A stretch of DNA of 48,578 bases from Lama guanicoe (GCA_013239625.1 MU054212.1:4324650-4373227); one strand, 5' to 3'; positions 11,601-24,302 are shown, counted from the first letter of the stretch. Notes: generated by a model from the sequence alone, not told the origin. Program-made: numbers and translations.

Positions 11601-12236
11601 AAACCAAACAAGCAAAACCAGCCACCTAAACCACAAAATGACGACGCAATTGCTTTTCCTCCTGAGCACCTCCAGTCTTCCTGCTCCTCCCTGGGACACA
11701 GAACTGCTGATCTTGCTCCAGTTGCTTGCTGCTCTGGACCTCTAATTAACAGAGAGAAGGAGTGAGCAACGCAGTTTGCATCCATCTTTCACACTTTCCA
11801 GAACAATCCTGCAACTCAACCGTTACAGAACTATAATCAGCAACAACTCTGCGGTAAGTGGTCTGGCTTCTGACAGTGTAACTCTGATAAAATGGTGTTA
11901 CCTAATAGTCATGTCAATTATTCATAGAAGAAGAAGAAATCACCCTTTCTGCTTAAAAAATTGCTACAGAGAAAAATTGAACTTTGACTAAGAATTTAAT
12001 TGCGTCCCTGCTAGTGATAACTTTATGAAAGGAAAGAAGCAGCAGCTGGCTGAGCAATGGACTCCTTTCCTTCTCCCAGCAAACTCCACAGAGGAGTAAT
12101 TTGGAATTGAGAAGATAAAAGATAAGAATTAACCGCTCTTCTGCATAGCACCGCCATTATCATTCTGCAGCGACCCAACCAGAGCGATGCTTTGAAAATT
12201 AAGTTAGGAAAATGTTTTCCCTACTTACTGGTTTAG

Positions 12237-12238
<2 letters not shown>

Positions 12239-12280
<42 letters not shown>
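12239..12280. repeat. Perfect (GT)21 microsatellite
   Basis: Directly visible. Confidence 0.98.
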
Positions 12281-12281
<1 letters not shown>

Positions 12282-12517
12282 CTTGTCCAGTGCTTCCCTT
12301 GCAACAACATTGACTTTCAACATTTGACAGAAGCCTAAAGTAAGAAGTGCATTTCATGTTGTGAATGTATATAAACACACACACAATTACATAATTTTGG
12401 GAAAACATTTTCACAAACCAGTATCCACTACTCTACTGCTTGTAATACACACTGACATCTTCCACTCCCTTTCAGGCTTGCATTGAAAAAAGAAATGCTG
12501 ACAGCAGCTCTCTAAGC

Positions 12518-12728
12518 TGAGCATTCTCAATGGGAGTGATATTGCCCCCAAAGGGGTAAAAATGGGTTCTTGGGAGCAAAGAAAACTTAGATAGCACCAT
12601 GGTTTGGAATCGTCCCAAGGGTCACAGCACATAAATGCATAGTACAGTACATCTGTGCTATTAACGTTTTGTGTGGGTGGAGTGTTAGGAAACAAATGAG
12701 GACAATTTTAAAAAATTGAGAAACCCTG
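12518..12728. mobile_element. hAT-Charlie-type MITE
   Basis: Charlie-like inverted ends: ...ttctcaa at the left and ttgagaaaccctg at the right. Internal gatattgcccccaaagggg. Confidence 0.7.
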
Positions 12729-15654
12729 CAAAACTGATGTAATTTTAAAAACCACTGTTCAAATATTCATGAGAACAAAGCAACTGTGCCCGAAATTCAC
12801 AGTTTTTCAAGAGTAGGCAAATGAGATCAAATATGTACCGCCCACAAGCACATTAAACATTGGTTCGAGATCCAGAATCCCAAATCCCAGTTCCAGTATT
12901 TCTTACAGGATTTAGTATGTAGCTGCATTTCTGAAACGACCATCCTTCCCACAACCATTACTCCGAATTAAACGGATTCCCTTCTCTGTGCACCAAGAAG
13001 TCAGGATCGCAACTCCAGCTCCACTGAGAGAAGGGCAGGGGGGGGGGTTATAATAATATACTTTGTGGTGAAAATTTGAAATTGGGCTGATCTGAGGAAC
13101 CAACAGTTATCATAAAAGTATGGAATCTACCCAAGATATTTCAGGGAAAGAAAAGAAGGCGGATGCAGTATGTCTAGAGCAGCACTTAGGGGAAAATGTT
13201 CCTCTTTGGTGTTTATTTCACTATGAGTTAAGACTACTTAATACATCGATCCCATTTGCCAACAGTTTTTCCCAGCTTCTCTGCTCCTAATACCCATTCT
13301 TTTCTTTCTGACCTTGTATTTCCGTTGCTGAGTCTTTCCATTGGTAAGCATCATGCTCTAGAAAAACAGTGATTAGAAAGGGAAATATTTAAGCAAGTTT
13401 TCTTCCTACCCCAAGCCTAATATCCATGAATGTGTGGAAATAGGTTTTTAGTTCATCAAGCAAATGTGGATAAGTGTAAAATTCACTAGAAGAAATGACA
13501 CCAAAATTTTTAGCAATATCTGCAAATAACAGCACTTTTACGGTGCTGATGTGCATGGCTCTCCGCTCCTAGAAGTCTGGGATTGTGAGACAGACAGGAT
13601 CTGAACACCAGAGGAAAAGGTAGTGTGCAGACTAATTTCCCCGACCCAAACGTTGATTAAGCTATTCCAAGTGCTAGCCACAAAATGGAAATGTTTGTTA
13701 ACACTGTAGCCAATGCAATCTCTGTTAGAGGTATGATATGCTTCCTATGCCCATGCTGAACTGGGAAGCAAGGAAAATACAGTTAAATTGTATCATGCAC
13801 CTGCTGTGTTCAGAGGATGGGGAAAATGCTAAGGCAGAGAGATGGCCAGCCAGCCAGTCACAACACTGCAGGTGGGGTGGGAGTAGAGGGACTGAGCAGA
13901 GGGTTACTTCTCTCCAGCAAATGTATTTTGGAAGGGTGGGAAATACTTTGTTTTCTTTTTCTAAGAGGATGCAGGGACAAGTTGATATGAAAATTTGCAA
14001 TGAGGAGACCTTTCTCTGACTCTCCTTTCAGATTCTAGTATTTCATGGTCCCTGATGGACATTTTGAAATATTAAAATTAATTTCCTTTTCTCTCAAATG
14101 AAGACTTTATTGTCACTTTTAAAAATGGCATCTGACATCTGGATCCAAGATCATGAAAAATTCTGTTTTTCCATACTCTCATTATGGATATTTTTAGTCA
14201 CGGAATCAGTTTATTTGGTAATAATACAGTATGATTGGTAATAAAGTCCTGTTAGGGGTTTTTCAGAAATTTATGAACTTCGTATTGCTTTGGAAGTACT
14301 ATTTAAAATGGGTGTTTGGGACTTGTCTGAGGTAAATAAACTCACACAGACACAGCCTCACTGAATACTCAGTGAAGAGTGTAGAAAATATTCTTTAAAC
14401 CATCAATATTTATTTTCCTTTCTATATTTTCTTTGCTTATTGTTGGACCTGTGTGACTCATCAGATTCAAGGCAGAGAACAAGTTTGAAGGGAAGATATC
14501 CCCGATAATTTGCATTTCCTTTAGGCTAAAAACCTCCTGAAACAAAAGTTTGCCTCCAATGGAAGATCTTTCTTGATATCATAACACTGCCTTTAGGTAT
14601 CCTTTGAATAAGTTGCAGAAATGTGACTTCTTTTTATTTTTTGAACAAGTTACCTTTTCTTAACTGGCAGAGTTCTCCTTTTCCGCTTAAAATCCAATTA
14701 AAAAAAAAGTTTCAGACACTAGAGTGTGATAGTTATGGCTGCGCTGACACTTCACGGATGCTTCTGAGAACAGAGCATCCCTTACCGAGTGGTTTGGTTA
14801 GCAAGGTAAGCGCATCGTGACAGGCATGGTTGAAACAGATGTATTTTTGCAGTAACGTGCTCTAGAGAGTTATTGACACTTGGTTCGTATCAGGTAACCA
14901 GATTTGAACATTTATCACTCTAGACTTATTGGAGAAGATGGCAGCAGCCTCCTAATGATGCAATAGTTTAAAAAATCTATTCTTGTCTTTCTCCTTTGCA
15001 ACTCCAGGTTGCTTTGGGCTGAGAAATTAAGAAGTATAGACACACTTTTAGTTTGAACGCCTTAAAACAATCTCATTTTCCTGTCTGATTGAAGCTCTTC
15101 CTTTCTTGGCTTACTCTGTAATACATCATCTTGTATTCTATTATTGTATTCTGGCTCGTCTGGACAATACTGCAATCAATTGTGATGGCTGACAGAGCAT
15201 TAAGTGAATTTCAATAAATTATGAGAAACTTCATTCTGCCAGCTATGCAAAAAAAAAAAAATACTTGACACCTCCATAAAAGGCAGGAGGGGGAGCTTTA
15301 AGAAATGAATCTCTAAGATTTAAATATTAGTCTTGTGTTGTTCTATTCAATTGTTCAATGTAGGGAAGAGAATTAAACATTTTTCAAAACTCTATTATGG
15401 GCTATTTATAAAGTCCTTGAAAACTGAGCTTGTTTCAAATTTTAAGATATACTCTTTTCTTTTAAAATCATTTAACATGTGAAAGTTGCTAAACCACGTT
15501 CAGTGGGTCGTTGCTGATAACTGCTCATCGTCCATATCAGGCATTTGGTCTCTGGTCAATAAAATATTGTTATTTCCTCAAAGCTATTATATCGAGGGCT
15601 CACCTCTCAATATCGTGTGTGTTTTACATGGTGTTGAGAAGCGAGTTTATATTT

Positions 15655-15790
15655 AGTTATAGTGATTGTATAATTTATCATCCAAACCAGACACTTACGA
15701 GAGGGAAAGGGAGCTTCTATTCAGATGTAAGGTCTTGACCACCAGTGAAAGCTGGCATAGCCAAGAGCAAAGCAGTATGAAGTTTCTCTC
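15655..15790 (+). mobile_element. MER94-like hAT-Blackjack fossil
   Basis: tataatttatcatccaaaccagacacttacgagagggaaaggg matches the recalled consensus. Confidence 0.65.
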
Positions 15791-15810
15791 TGCATCAGAG
15801 ATGCCTAATA

Positions 15811-15811
<1 letters not shown>

Positions 15812-15844
<33 letters not shown>

Positions 15845-15902
15845 TTATTATTATTGTTTTATTATTTTGAAATGTCTGTTGCTGATTCTGACAAATGAAT
15901 TA

Positions 15903-15935
<33 letters not shown>

Positions 15936-15988
15936 TTATTATTATTGTTTTATTATTTTGAAATGTCTGTTGCTGATTCTGACAAATG
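15812..15988. repeat. Perfect 86-bp tandem duplication starting with (ATT)11, period 91
   Basis: 15812-15897 is identical to 15903-15988. 5-bp spacer AATTA. Confidence 0.97.
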
Positions 15989-16739
15989 TTTCCAATAAGA
16001 GCTTTAAATTGTTATTTTTTTTTCCGCAAACTTTTTGTACTAAATTCTCTACTCAGTATGCTTGGGAGAGGAAGAACACATTTCATATAGTTGTTCTTAT
16101 TTTAATCATTTTAATTCTAATTTTTCATTTCTCCTTTTAATGACTTGCTCGGAATTAACCTTCTTATCTTCTTTGTTATTCCGTTTTCTCCTTTTTTTCC
16201 TTTCCTCCTCTCCTTGAATTTCGTATCTAGATGACGGTGGGTGGGAGTGGAACTCTGGCAACTGAACTTAAGAGAGAAGGTGAAAGGTGGGGTCTGGGTG
16301 TACCGGGAGGGAGAAGGGCTGCCCCCTGGGTAGCTGTGTCTCTTCTGCGCGGCAGAGGACCAGGGACCAAGAAAACCAACTTCTCTGCACACAAACTTCC
16401 AGCCCCCACCAGCTACAGCTTGACTGATGCTCCATGTGTTACCTGGTAAATCCGAGACATGAGCCTCCTAGAGATTTGAAGAATAAAATGTTATCTCCGC
16501 TGAAGGCCCTTAAATTTAAATTAAAGCTTCCTTCCTTGCGCTGAATAGGTTATCTGTCAATCTTCTTTCTGTCCTTCAAAAATGTGTTAAAAGGACCTCA
16601 TCCTGCTACTGCCTCCTATTCTAATCTCTCAGTTCTTGTGGGTTTGCCCTTTGAAAATTCCTTCATTTTCAGTATTTCAGAGGTTTAGAAGAGAAAAGGG
16701 TTGAACAGTTGTGTATTTCTTCTATTTCCTTTAAACATG

Positions 16740-17000
16740 TGTATTTCAGAATGATAGCTTCAAAGCTTAAATCTGATGATGTCACTTCACTTTACCAAAT
16801 CTTTTAATATTGCCTCTGAAGCCCTGAGTAATTGGCCTCTGAATTCTCTTCACTGTCATTTCATACAAGAACCTAGTATCTTTCTTTCTCTTTGTTACAC
16901 ACACACAGACACACACGTCTTTTCTGGTTCCTTTCATATGTTATTCCTCTTCTGTCAGAAGCTTCATTTCCTGTGAAGACAGTTCTTTTTAGCTCTTCCC
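16740..17000 (+). mobile_element. L2 fragment (5' part, interrupted by L1)
   Basis: aaatctgatgatgtcacttc ... cctttcatatgttattcctct is L2-like and continues at about 17735. Confidence 0.55.
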
Positions 17001-17072
17001 ATCTTTGAGTTATTATTTTGTTTTGGGCTTGTTTCGTTTTTGAGGAGGGACGGGTGTTGAGAATGCAAGCTT

Positions 17073-17730
17073 GTTTTTATTTGAAATTTTGATTGAGCTA
17101 ATTGTAGATTTATCTGCAGTTGTAAGAAATAACACAGAAGGATCTTCTGTGTCTTTTATCTACTTTTCCGCCGTAGCAACAGCTTGCAAATTATTGTGTG
17201 CAATATCACAACCAGGATATGGCTGTGGATAAGCCCACCTATCTGATTACCGTATTTCCCCAGCTTCACTTGTAATCATGTGTGTGTGTATTTAATTCTG
17301 TACAATATTATTACATGTGGAGGTTTATGTATCCACCACCACAGATAAGATACTATTTCTGTCACCACAAGGATCCCCGGTGTTGCTTATTGAAAGCCCA
17401 GCCACCTCCCTCGTAAGCACTGGCAACCATAAAATACCTCTCAATTTCTAACCTTTGTCACTTCAAGTACAGACAAATAGAATCAGACAGTCTGCAACCT
17501 TTGGGGATCGACTTCTTTGCCCAGCACAATTCCTTGGCGATTCATCCAGCTTGTGACATGTATCAAATACTTGGTTCCTTTTTATTGCCAAATAGTGTTT
17601 ATTGCCAGATGATATATGTGCACTAAAATCTGTTGACGTATCCACCTGTTGCGGGACATCTGGCTTGTTCCAGTTTGGGCTCTTATAAATAAAGCTGCTG
17701 TGAACAGTCGTGTACAGGCTTTTGTGTGAT
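17073..17730 (-). mobile_element. Old LINE-1 3' end (L1MC-like)
   Basis: tgcagttgtaagaaataacacaga, caatatcacaaccaggatat, gattcatccagcttgt and ataaataaagctgctgtgaaca are typical L1M 3' motifs. Confidence 0.85.
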
Positions 17731-17734
17731 GGCT

Positions 17735-17990
17735 CTTAACTCTTCTTCCAGTGAAGACTCATCTCGGGGAAGGTGTGCTTTTGTTGCCTGGTAGCCTGTC
17801 CCTCGTGGTACTTGTCACAGTTGCAATTTTACATTTACATGCGTGTGAGAACTCACTTTAATACATTCAACTGGACCTTAAGATCCATGGGGGCAGGAAT
17901 TAGATCTTTTTCTCATCATTGTTTTCCCTAGCGCCTAATAGAGTGACCAATGCAGAGCTATTTGGGCAATGAACTGTTGACTGAATGAAC
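17735..17990 (+). mobile_element. L2 3' end
   Basis: taagatccatgggggcagg ... ccctagcgcctaatagagt ... tgttgactgaatgaa terminal motif. Confidence 0.75.
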
Positions 17991-18074
17991 CAGTCACAAT
18001 GATAGATAATTTATACATATTACTCCTTATCTAGTCTTACAGCATCTCTGGAATTCACAAATCTCTAAGTCTTC

Positions 18075-18190
18075 TTTCGCCAATGAAGAAAATTAAGTAA
18101 TTTATCCAAATCGCTCCACAAGAAAGTAGGCAAGCTAGACTTCAAACGCGTATCTGACTTCAAAACTCCTGCTCTTTGCACCACTCTATC
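18075..18190 (-). mobile_element. MIR fragment
   Basis: ttaagtaatttatccaa ... tctgacttcaaaactcctgctctt. Confidence 0.6.
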
Positions 18191-19904
18191 CTTTTTCTCG
18201 CAGCCCTGAAATTCTCTCTGCTTTTCTCTGGTGGAGCAGTTTTACTGCCACCATAGAGACACAGCTGTGACAAAATACCACATTCAATTGATAACCTAAT
18301 ACAATGAGATGATGAAATGAAAACCAGCCCCCCAGCGTTTTGTTTCATGCTAGAGCACATGAAGAAAGCGTGCGTAGCTGCTGTGTAATTTGCAGTCTGC
18401 AGGTGTGAGAATCCCTATTTCATAAGACACAAATAAGCCCGGACATGTTTGGTAATTACTGTGTTAATACAGAGTAATTGCACGGCTATTTCTTTCTTAC
18501 AAATTATATGGTAGTTATACTTGGAATTACCATAAAAAATGAAGAACTTCTAGTTGCCAGTAAATGATTGCTTTATAATTACAAAATAATTGCATAGTTA
18601 TTTTGGCCTAAAAAGATAAAGCATTGTACAAAACCCATATACTTTGCTGCCAGAGCTGCCAAGGTCCAAGGCTATCAGCCCTTTTTAGGAACTGCCCTTA
18701 GGACTTTCTGAAATTCTCCAAAACTTTAACTTCTCGGGGAAGAAAAAAAAAAATGTGTCACTAGAGAGATAGCTTCCCTCATTAAACTAGAATTTTCAGT
18801 GACCCCCCAAAGCTATTGCACTGTAAAAATTAAGTCAGTGATGGTAATAACAGATCTGTTTTGCCTACCCCGATGAGACCTGCTTGGCTGTGGTTATTCA
18901 AGATGAAGCCAGTTAATTTAGCAAAGTCTTTCTGCATTTCTTTGGGTCACGGCACGGAGTCAGCCTGCTACAATTCTTGGGAATGGTGACAGTTATTAAC
19001 TTACTCAGCTTTTCTGTCATTCAGAATATTGACTTTAGTAGGTTTGCCTGTTCTCACTGTATTTTACTACCTTATGACTTTTCACTCTTCATGCTATTAC
19101 AGCGTTACACCCTGTGAATGTTTGATACTATGTGTATGGATTGCTTATGATTTATGAGGCCAGTTCTGCTTCTCTGGATATTTGAAATACAGTTTTTTAG
19201 GGAAGTCAAAGATAAAGCAAATAGATGTGTACTCCTCAGTTATGGACTTGAAAACTTTCAAAGGAAATGATTTCAACTACAAGGGTTGGGATATTGTTGG
19301 TATAAATTATTGAATGAATGTTACACTTCATTTTTGAGGTTCATTTAATACATTAATGTAAGAATAGGTAAATGCCTATTGGCCTGACCGTAAAAGACAG
19401 AAACAGAGGACACACTTTTTCTGAATATTTAATAATGTGATTTATGGGCCCCCCTTTTTAAAAGGGGTACATGATTAGGTGTTTATGACATAGTCTCTGT
19501 TTCCTAATTCAGATCTTTCTCTCTCTTGAATACTGCAGTTCATTTTTGAGACTTGTGTGTTTGTGTGTGGTGATGAACAAAGACACTCAGAGGCATTACA
19601 GATATTTAAAAGGAAAGTGTATTGCTCAAAGAGGCCTATTTTCTAGTTGTCAGAACAGACTTGTTCTCAGTAAGGAAAAGAAACTTACGTTTTATGCCTC
19701 AGTTTTCATATTCTGAATTCAGATGATGTCATTTTGGGTTTTGGTTTTGGTTATTTTTTTGCTTTCATTTTCCTTTCCTTTGCATACCATATTCTGGAGA
19801 CTTACACGAGCCAACAAAACTCATGAACTAATTAAAAAATTCTTTTTTCTAAATCTAAATGTTTGGCAATAGCAGCACGATTAACAAAGTCACGGTAATT
19901 CTTT

Positions 19905-20080
19905 CAACCGAATGTTACACGTTAAATCATGTTTTGTAAAATGATTAATGACATGGAAAAATTAACAAAATATATTGCTAAGTGTAAAAATAAGGCTAGA
20001 AATCCGTGACTTAAAATTGTCTTATAAATACTTTTCATTTTCTCCTTAAAATAGCATTATTAATTTTATAAACAGAATAT
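19905..20080 (+). mobile_element. Ancient L1ME-like 3' fragment
   Basis: atgacatggaaaaatt...atatattgctaagtgtaaaaa motif. Confidence 0.45.
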
Positions 20081-20620
20081 AAGAAATCATACACTTTTTT
20101 CAGCGTTCAGTAGAAAAAAATACTGTTTCTTTTATTTCCCCTCATTAGTATTTAGGTCTCATTGTGGAAAAGTGTGAATTTAAAAGATCCACTTGAATTA
20201 GTAACTCCTCCCAAGATTTTCCAGAGACAGCAAAATGAATTTGGAAAAATAAAAACTGACTTCTAAATCATGATCTTCATTTAGCAATGGGGTGACAGGT
20301 TCCGAGGAATTGAACATTTGGGGCTAATTGAGAGAACATTAAGATCTAAGATTAATTCATTAGCTAAAGTTATTTCACATTGCATTTACTTAGTCCAACA
20401 TTGCTATTCCTTTGAAAGAAAGTTTTAAAAATTAATTTTCATCCTTTGCAGAACAGACCTTCACTTGTTCTGCATGTTTAATCTCTTGGATATTTTAGCT
20501 GCTGTAGGACCAATCAACTGTACTGCTTTTTCATATCAACTTTTTGAATCTTTTTTCTTACTTAGTTTCCATAATATTGAACATCATTGGTACAACAAAT
20601 AAGTTCATCCATGTGATTTT

Positions 20621-20754
20621 AATTCAGTTTTTTTTGAGGGGTGGGTAATTAGGTTTATTTATTTATTTATTTTTCAGTGGAGGTACTGGGGATTGAACCC
20701 AGGACCTTGTGCATGTTAAGCACACACTCTACCACTGAGCTATAACTTCCCCCC
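20621..20754 (-). mobile_element. tRNA-derived SINE, camelid Vic-1-like
   Basis: Minus strand reads TATAGCTCAGTGGTAGAG (A box) ... GGGTTCAATCCCC (B box) ... (AAAT)n AAACCTAATTACC and an A tail. TSD core TGTGATTTT at 20612-20620 and 20760-20768. Confidence 0.9.
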
Positions 20755-23700
20755 TACCCTGTGATTTTTAGATCAACACATTATTTCTCTTGTTTATAGT
20801 AGGTATTAAAGTTGGTCCAGCCCCAATTTTTGCCATGTGAAAGGCACGAATGACTTGTCACCTACCTTCAATTCTACAAACTAAAAACACTGTAGCATTT
20901 TGTATCAGGGATACTGTTCTTTCTACAAAAGAAAAAAAGGGATTAGAAAAATAAGATTAGAGTTATGTATTCCGATCCAGAAGCCTCATTTGAGATGATA
21001 GACAATTATTTAAAATGTTTTAGCTTTTACAGGAAAAACTTTAGACATAAAAACACTGTATGATTGGGTTTTAGTTTATGATACTTGGATGTGAGTTCAT
21101 TTCACTCATGACAGTACCACTTTGCCAGTTCAAACTCCAATTCCATCAGACAATCAGTTTAATTTTCTTTGTTTCTTCTCCTACATTAATAAGATAGAAA
21201 TAAAGATACTTGTTAATTGATGCCTGGAAGCACATGTGGACTTCATGATACAGTGGGCAGTCAATAGTGTTCATTAATATTCTCCCTGGTATCAATAAGC
21301 TTCCCTTTAAAGCAGAACTCAGTCAGTCTGGAGTCAATCAGTCTTCTATGCAAAACAGATTGAACATTGCTTTCCAGTAGGCACATTTGTCTACACTTCA
21401 GAGCAAAGGCAGTTGGAATTAAACATAGTCCCAGAGCTGTAGGTTTTCACTGGTTAGGATTTAACAGATTACACGGCACTTCACCTCTGCCGTGGCTATT
21501 TCAAAGTTCTAGAAACCAGTTTGGTGACTTGTGGCAGGTGTTCCCTTAGTCATGTTCCAGCATCCCCAAGTGAAAACATGACCGGAGTGACTTTAGACAC
21601 AGGTGTTATTCCGAAATAACTCAGGGGAAATTAAGAGCATTTATAATGAGTAGCCTGATACGAATATTTGAATTATATTATCTCATAAAACTTTGATTGA
21701 TAGTTAATTAGAAGAAGTTAGGAGATGCTTTGCAACTTCACATAGCTATCCCAAGGCAAGTTCTGGATGAAAACTTCAGTATCCTAAATTTTAAAGTAAA
21801 TTTTGTCTCCATTCAAAGCATTTGCCTCTTGTTTTCCTTGGAGAATTATTCCCACTGAAATACTACTTTACTCCAGGGATCTGATTAGAAGCTGTAAACA
21901 AGCACAGATATAATCATTGCCAGTCCTATAAAGCACTTAAACCAGAGAATTAGAATGTAACCAGCTCGTGGTGGGAGAAAGTTACATTTCAGCTCCATTT
22001 CATGGATGAGTTAATAGAAAATCTATCAAAATGTGTTCTGTTCCACATCTGGTTGTTTGGGTACGTGTTGAAATCAAAGATAAAAAGAAAAGCAGGTTGG
22101 GTCAAACCCATCATTTTTCTTAGATGGGACCGTAAAGGTAGAGACCAGCTTTTCGTGCTTCGTGTATCTGATTTGAGGAACTATTTTTCTTGCAGCATCC
22201 TTAGGGATCTGGGTTGGTCCCTGTTCTATGCTGAGAACTTACTGAGAATGACCTATTTAAAATGGAAGAAATTTTTACAATCATATCTATTTTGCTTAAG
22301 TATTACTAACGGTTTTTTTCTAAACATTAATTTTAGTTTTTGAAGAATTTTATGAAAGAACTCTCCAGAGTAAACAATAGGGTAAGAATATCAATTACTC
22401 AGAAAATAAAGCATACTGATGTTTTTCTTTGAATTTGGTCTTAGATGATAGAGCTTCATGTCTTCAAAGCATATTAAATTGTTTTCTCATTTAATCCTTA
22501 CAAACATGAATTCTGCAAATTTCACAGAAACTGAAGAGTGAGATGTATAAATATTTTAAAATATCAGATACCTGCTTTTGATGCTTTTGATCATCCTCGA
22601 AGAGCAAGGCACAACATTTTCCACCCACCCTCCAACCCAGAATGCTTATTGATTACATTGCGGGTTTGGACAGTGGCATAAGCAGACTTGCAATACGATC
22701 TATGGAAAGACTCGTGTTTTATCCGGCCCCTTCCTTGATTTCACGAGCAAAGTTTTTATTCGTCTGAACAGTTCATTGCACAGAACAGTATCGAGTGTGC
22801 AGGAGTGATTCCACGACTTGCTTTTTTCATGTTTAATATCTCTTGGAATCAAAATACGCACATCACAAAAATGGAACCAAATTTGAGGCCAAAATTCCAA
22901 GTAGCACTTACTTTCACCATTGTTGTTTTAAAGCCCAGAGGATAAAAAAATTTCCTTCAGATCAGACAGGTAGGATAACAATCTCTGCATAGCAACTGCT
23001 TGTTTCCTTTGATGGGTCAGCATTATTCAGCTAGCTTCCTGCGTAAGTAAAGTGTGTATCATTTGTAAAAGTTACACTCTTAATCAAAAACGATCGAAAG
23101 CTTCAGGTAAAAAGAAGGCTGTGTGTTATCCTGGCACAAAGATGGTCAGCGGACAGCATCATATGCTTCATTCTAATGGGTGCAATAATGCACTGAATGC
23201 TATTTTATTCAAAGTTAATATTTATTTTTGAGTAAGTGGATTTAGATAGACAAAACCAAGTCTTCACTTAGCCATTAAATCACTTTTCCATTATGCAGAG
23301 CAAAATCCTCACACTAACTGTGTGTAGATCACTGACTTTCAGAATGCCAACAGGGCTGTGCCTTCCACTATAACTTAAATACTAATGAAATCAACTGAAA
23401 ATGACAGTCATTAGTCAGCTGTGCCTTGCTAGGGTTCCCTGTGGACTGATATAAAGTCACCATTAGAAATAGATTTTCTCACAGTCTACAGTAAGTGTTT
23501 GTAATTTTTTTCTTCAAAGCAGAGTTTAAGTCTGATATTTAATGCATGCTTTTTGGTCTTTAAAAAATTTAGATAGCATGTTTTTTGTATTTGCAACTTG
23601 TATTGAATCTTCAAATGCCATGAACCTGTATAAAATGTATAAAATAGATACTTGTAATCACTAGTGTAGACATACTAATTATTAAAAAAGCTCAAACTAA

Positions 23701-23834
23701 AGTCTGGTGGGAACAAAATGTATCCACACATACAACTTTAGTCTTGGCTTAGGGACAGATCTGTAGAAACTGGGAAGGGCAAATACATGTAATATTATGA
23801 CACCCTTCTAGGTTAAAAGATGGTTAACATTTTT

Positions 23835-24057
23835 GTTAGCCACTATATATAAAAATAGATTTTAAAAAGTTTCTGCTGTATAGAACAAGGAACTATGTTC
23901 GAATCTTGTAATAACCTTTAATGGAAAAGAATATGAAGATAAATAGATGGATGTATATGCATGACTGGGACTCTATGCTGTACACCAGAAACTGACACAA
24001 TGTAACTGACTGTACTTCAATAAAAAATACATAAATAAAAATAAAAGATAAAGAAAG
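23835..24057 (+). mobile_element. Short 5'-truncated L1 3'UTR insertion with 17-bp TSD
   Basis: AGATGGTTAACATTTTT at 23818-23834 and 24058-24074. TT|AAAA context at the left. AATAAA and A-rich tail. Confidence 0.92.
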
Positions 24058-24247
24058 AGATGGTTAACATTTTTAGATTTTAATATTGAAAACAGTGCTA
24101 GTATTTACAAATTAATCATTATAATTCTATAGCAGATGTGAATGTGTGCATGTATACACATGCACGGTGTTTTGGATGTTTCAACCTGTTCAAATATGTT
24201 GAGATCCAATAGGATTGGGAAATAAGGTAAAGAAGACTATTTTAATC

Positions 24248-24302
24248 ATATATATATATATATCTATATATATATATGTATATGTATATATATACACACA
24301 CA
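24248..24302. repeat. Compound (TA)n/(CA)n microsatellite
   Basis: Directly visible. Confidence 0.9.

Noticed and set aside
15666..15998. 110-aa ORF with poly-Leu/poly-Ile hydrophobic runs suggesting a membrane protein
   Set aside because: The runs are the duplicated (ATT)11 tract read in two frames.
18452..18480. Small hairpin AATTACTGTGT...ATACAGAGTAATT as a possible miRNA
   Set aside because: Far shorter than a pre-miRNA stem and expected by chance in AT-rich DNA.
20680..20754. Possible tRNA-Ala gene
   Set aside because: It continues into a SINE body with (AAAT)n, an A tail and a TSD, and a second diverged copy exists at 32947. It is a SINE, not a tRNA gene.
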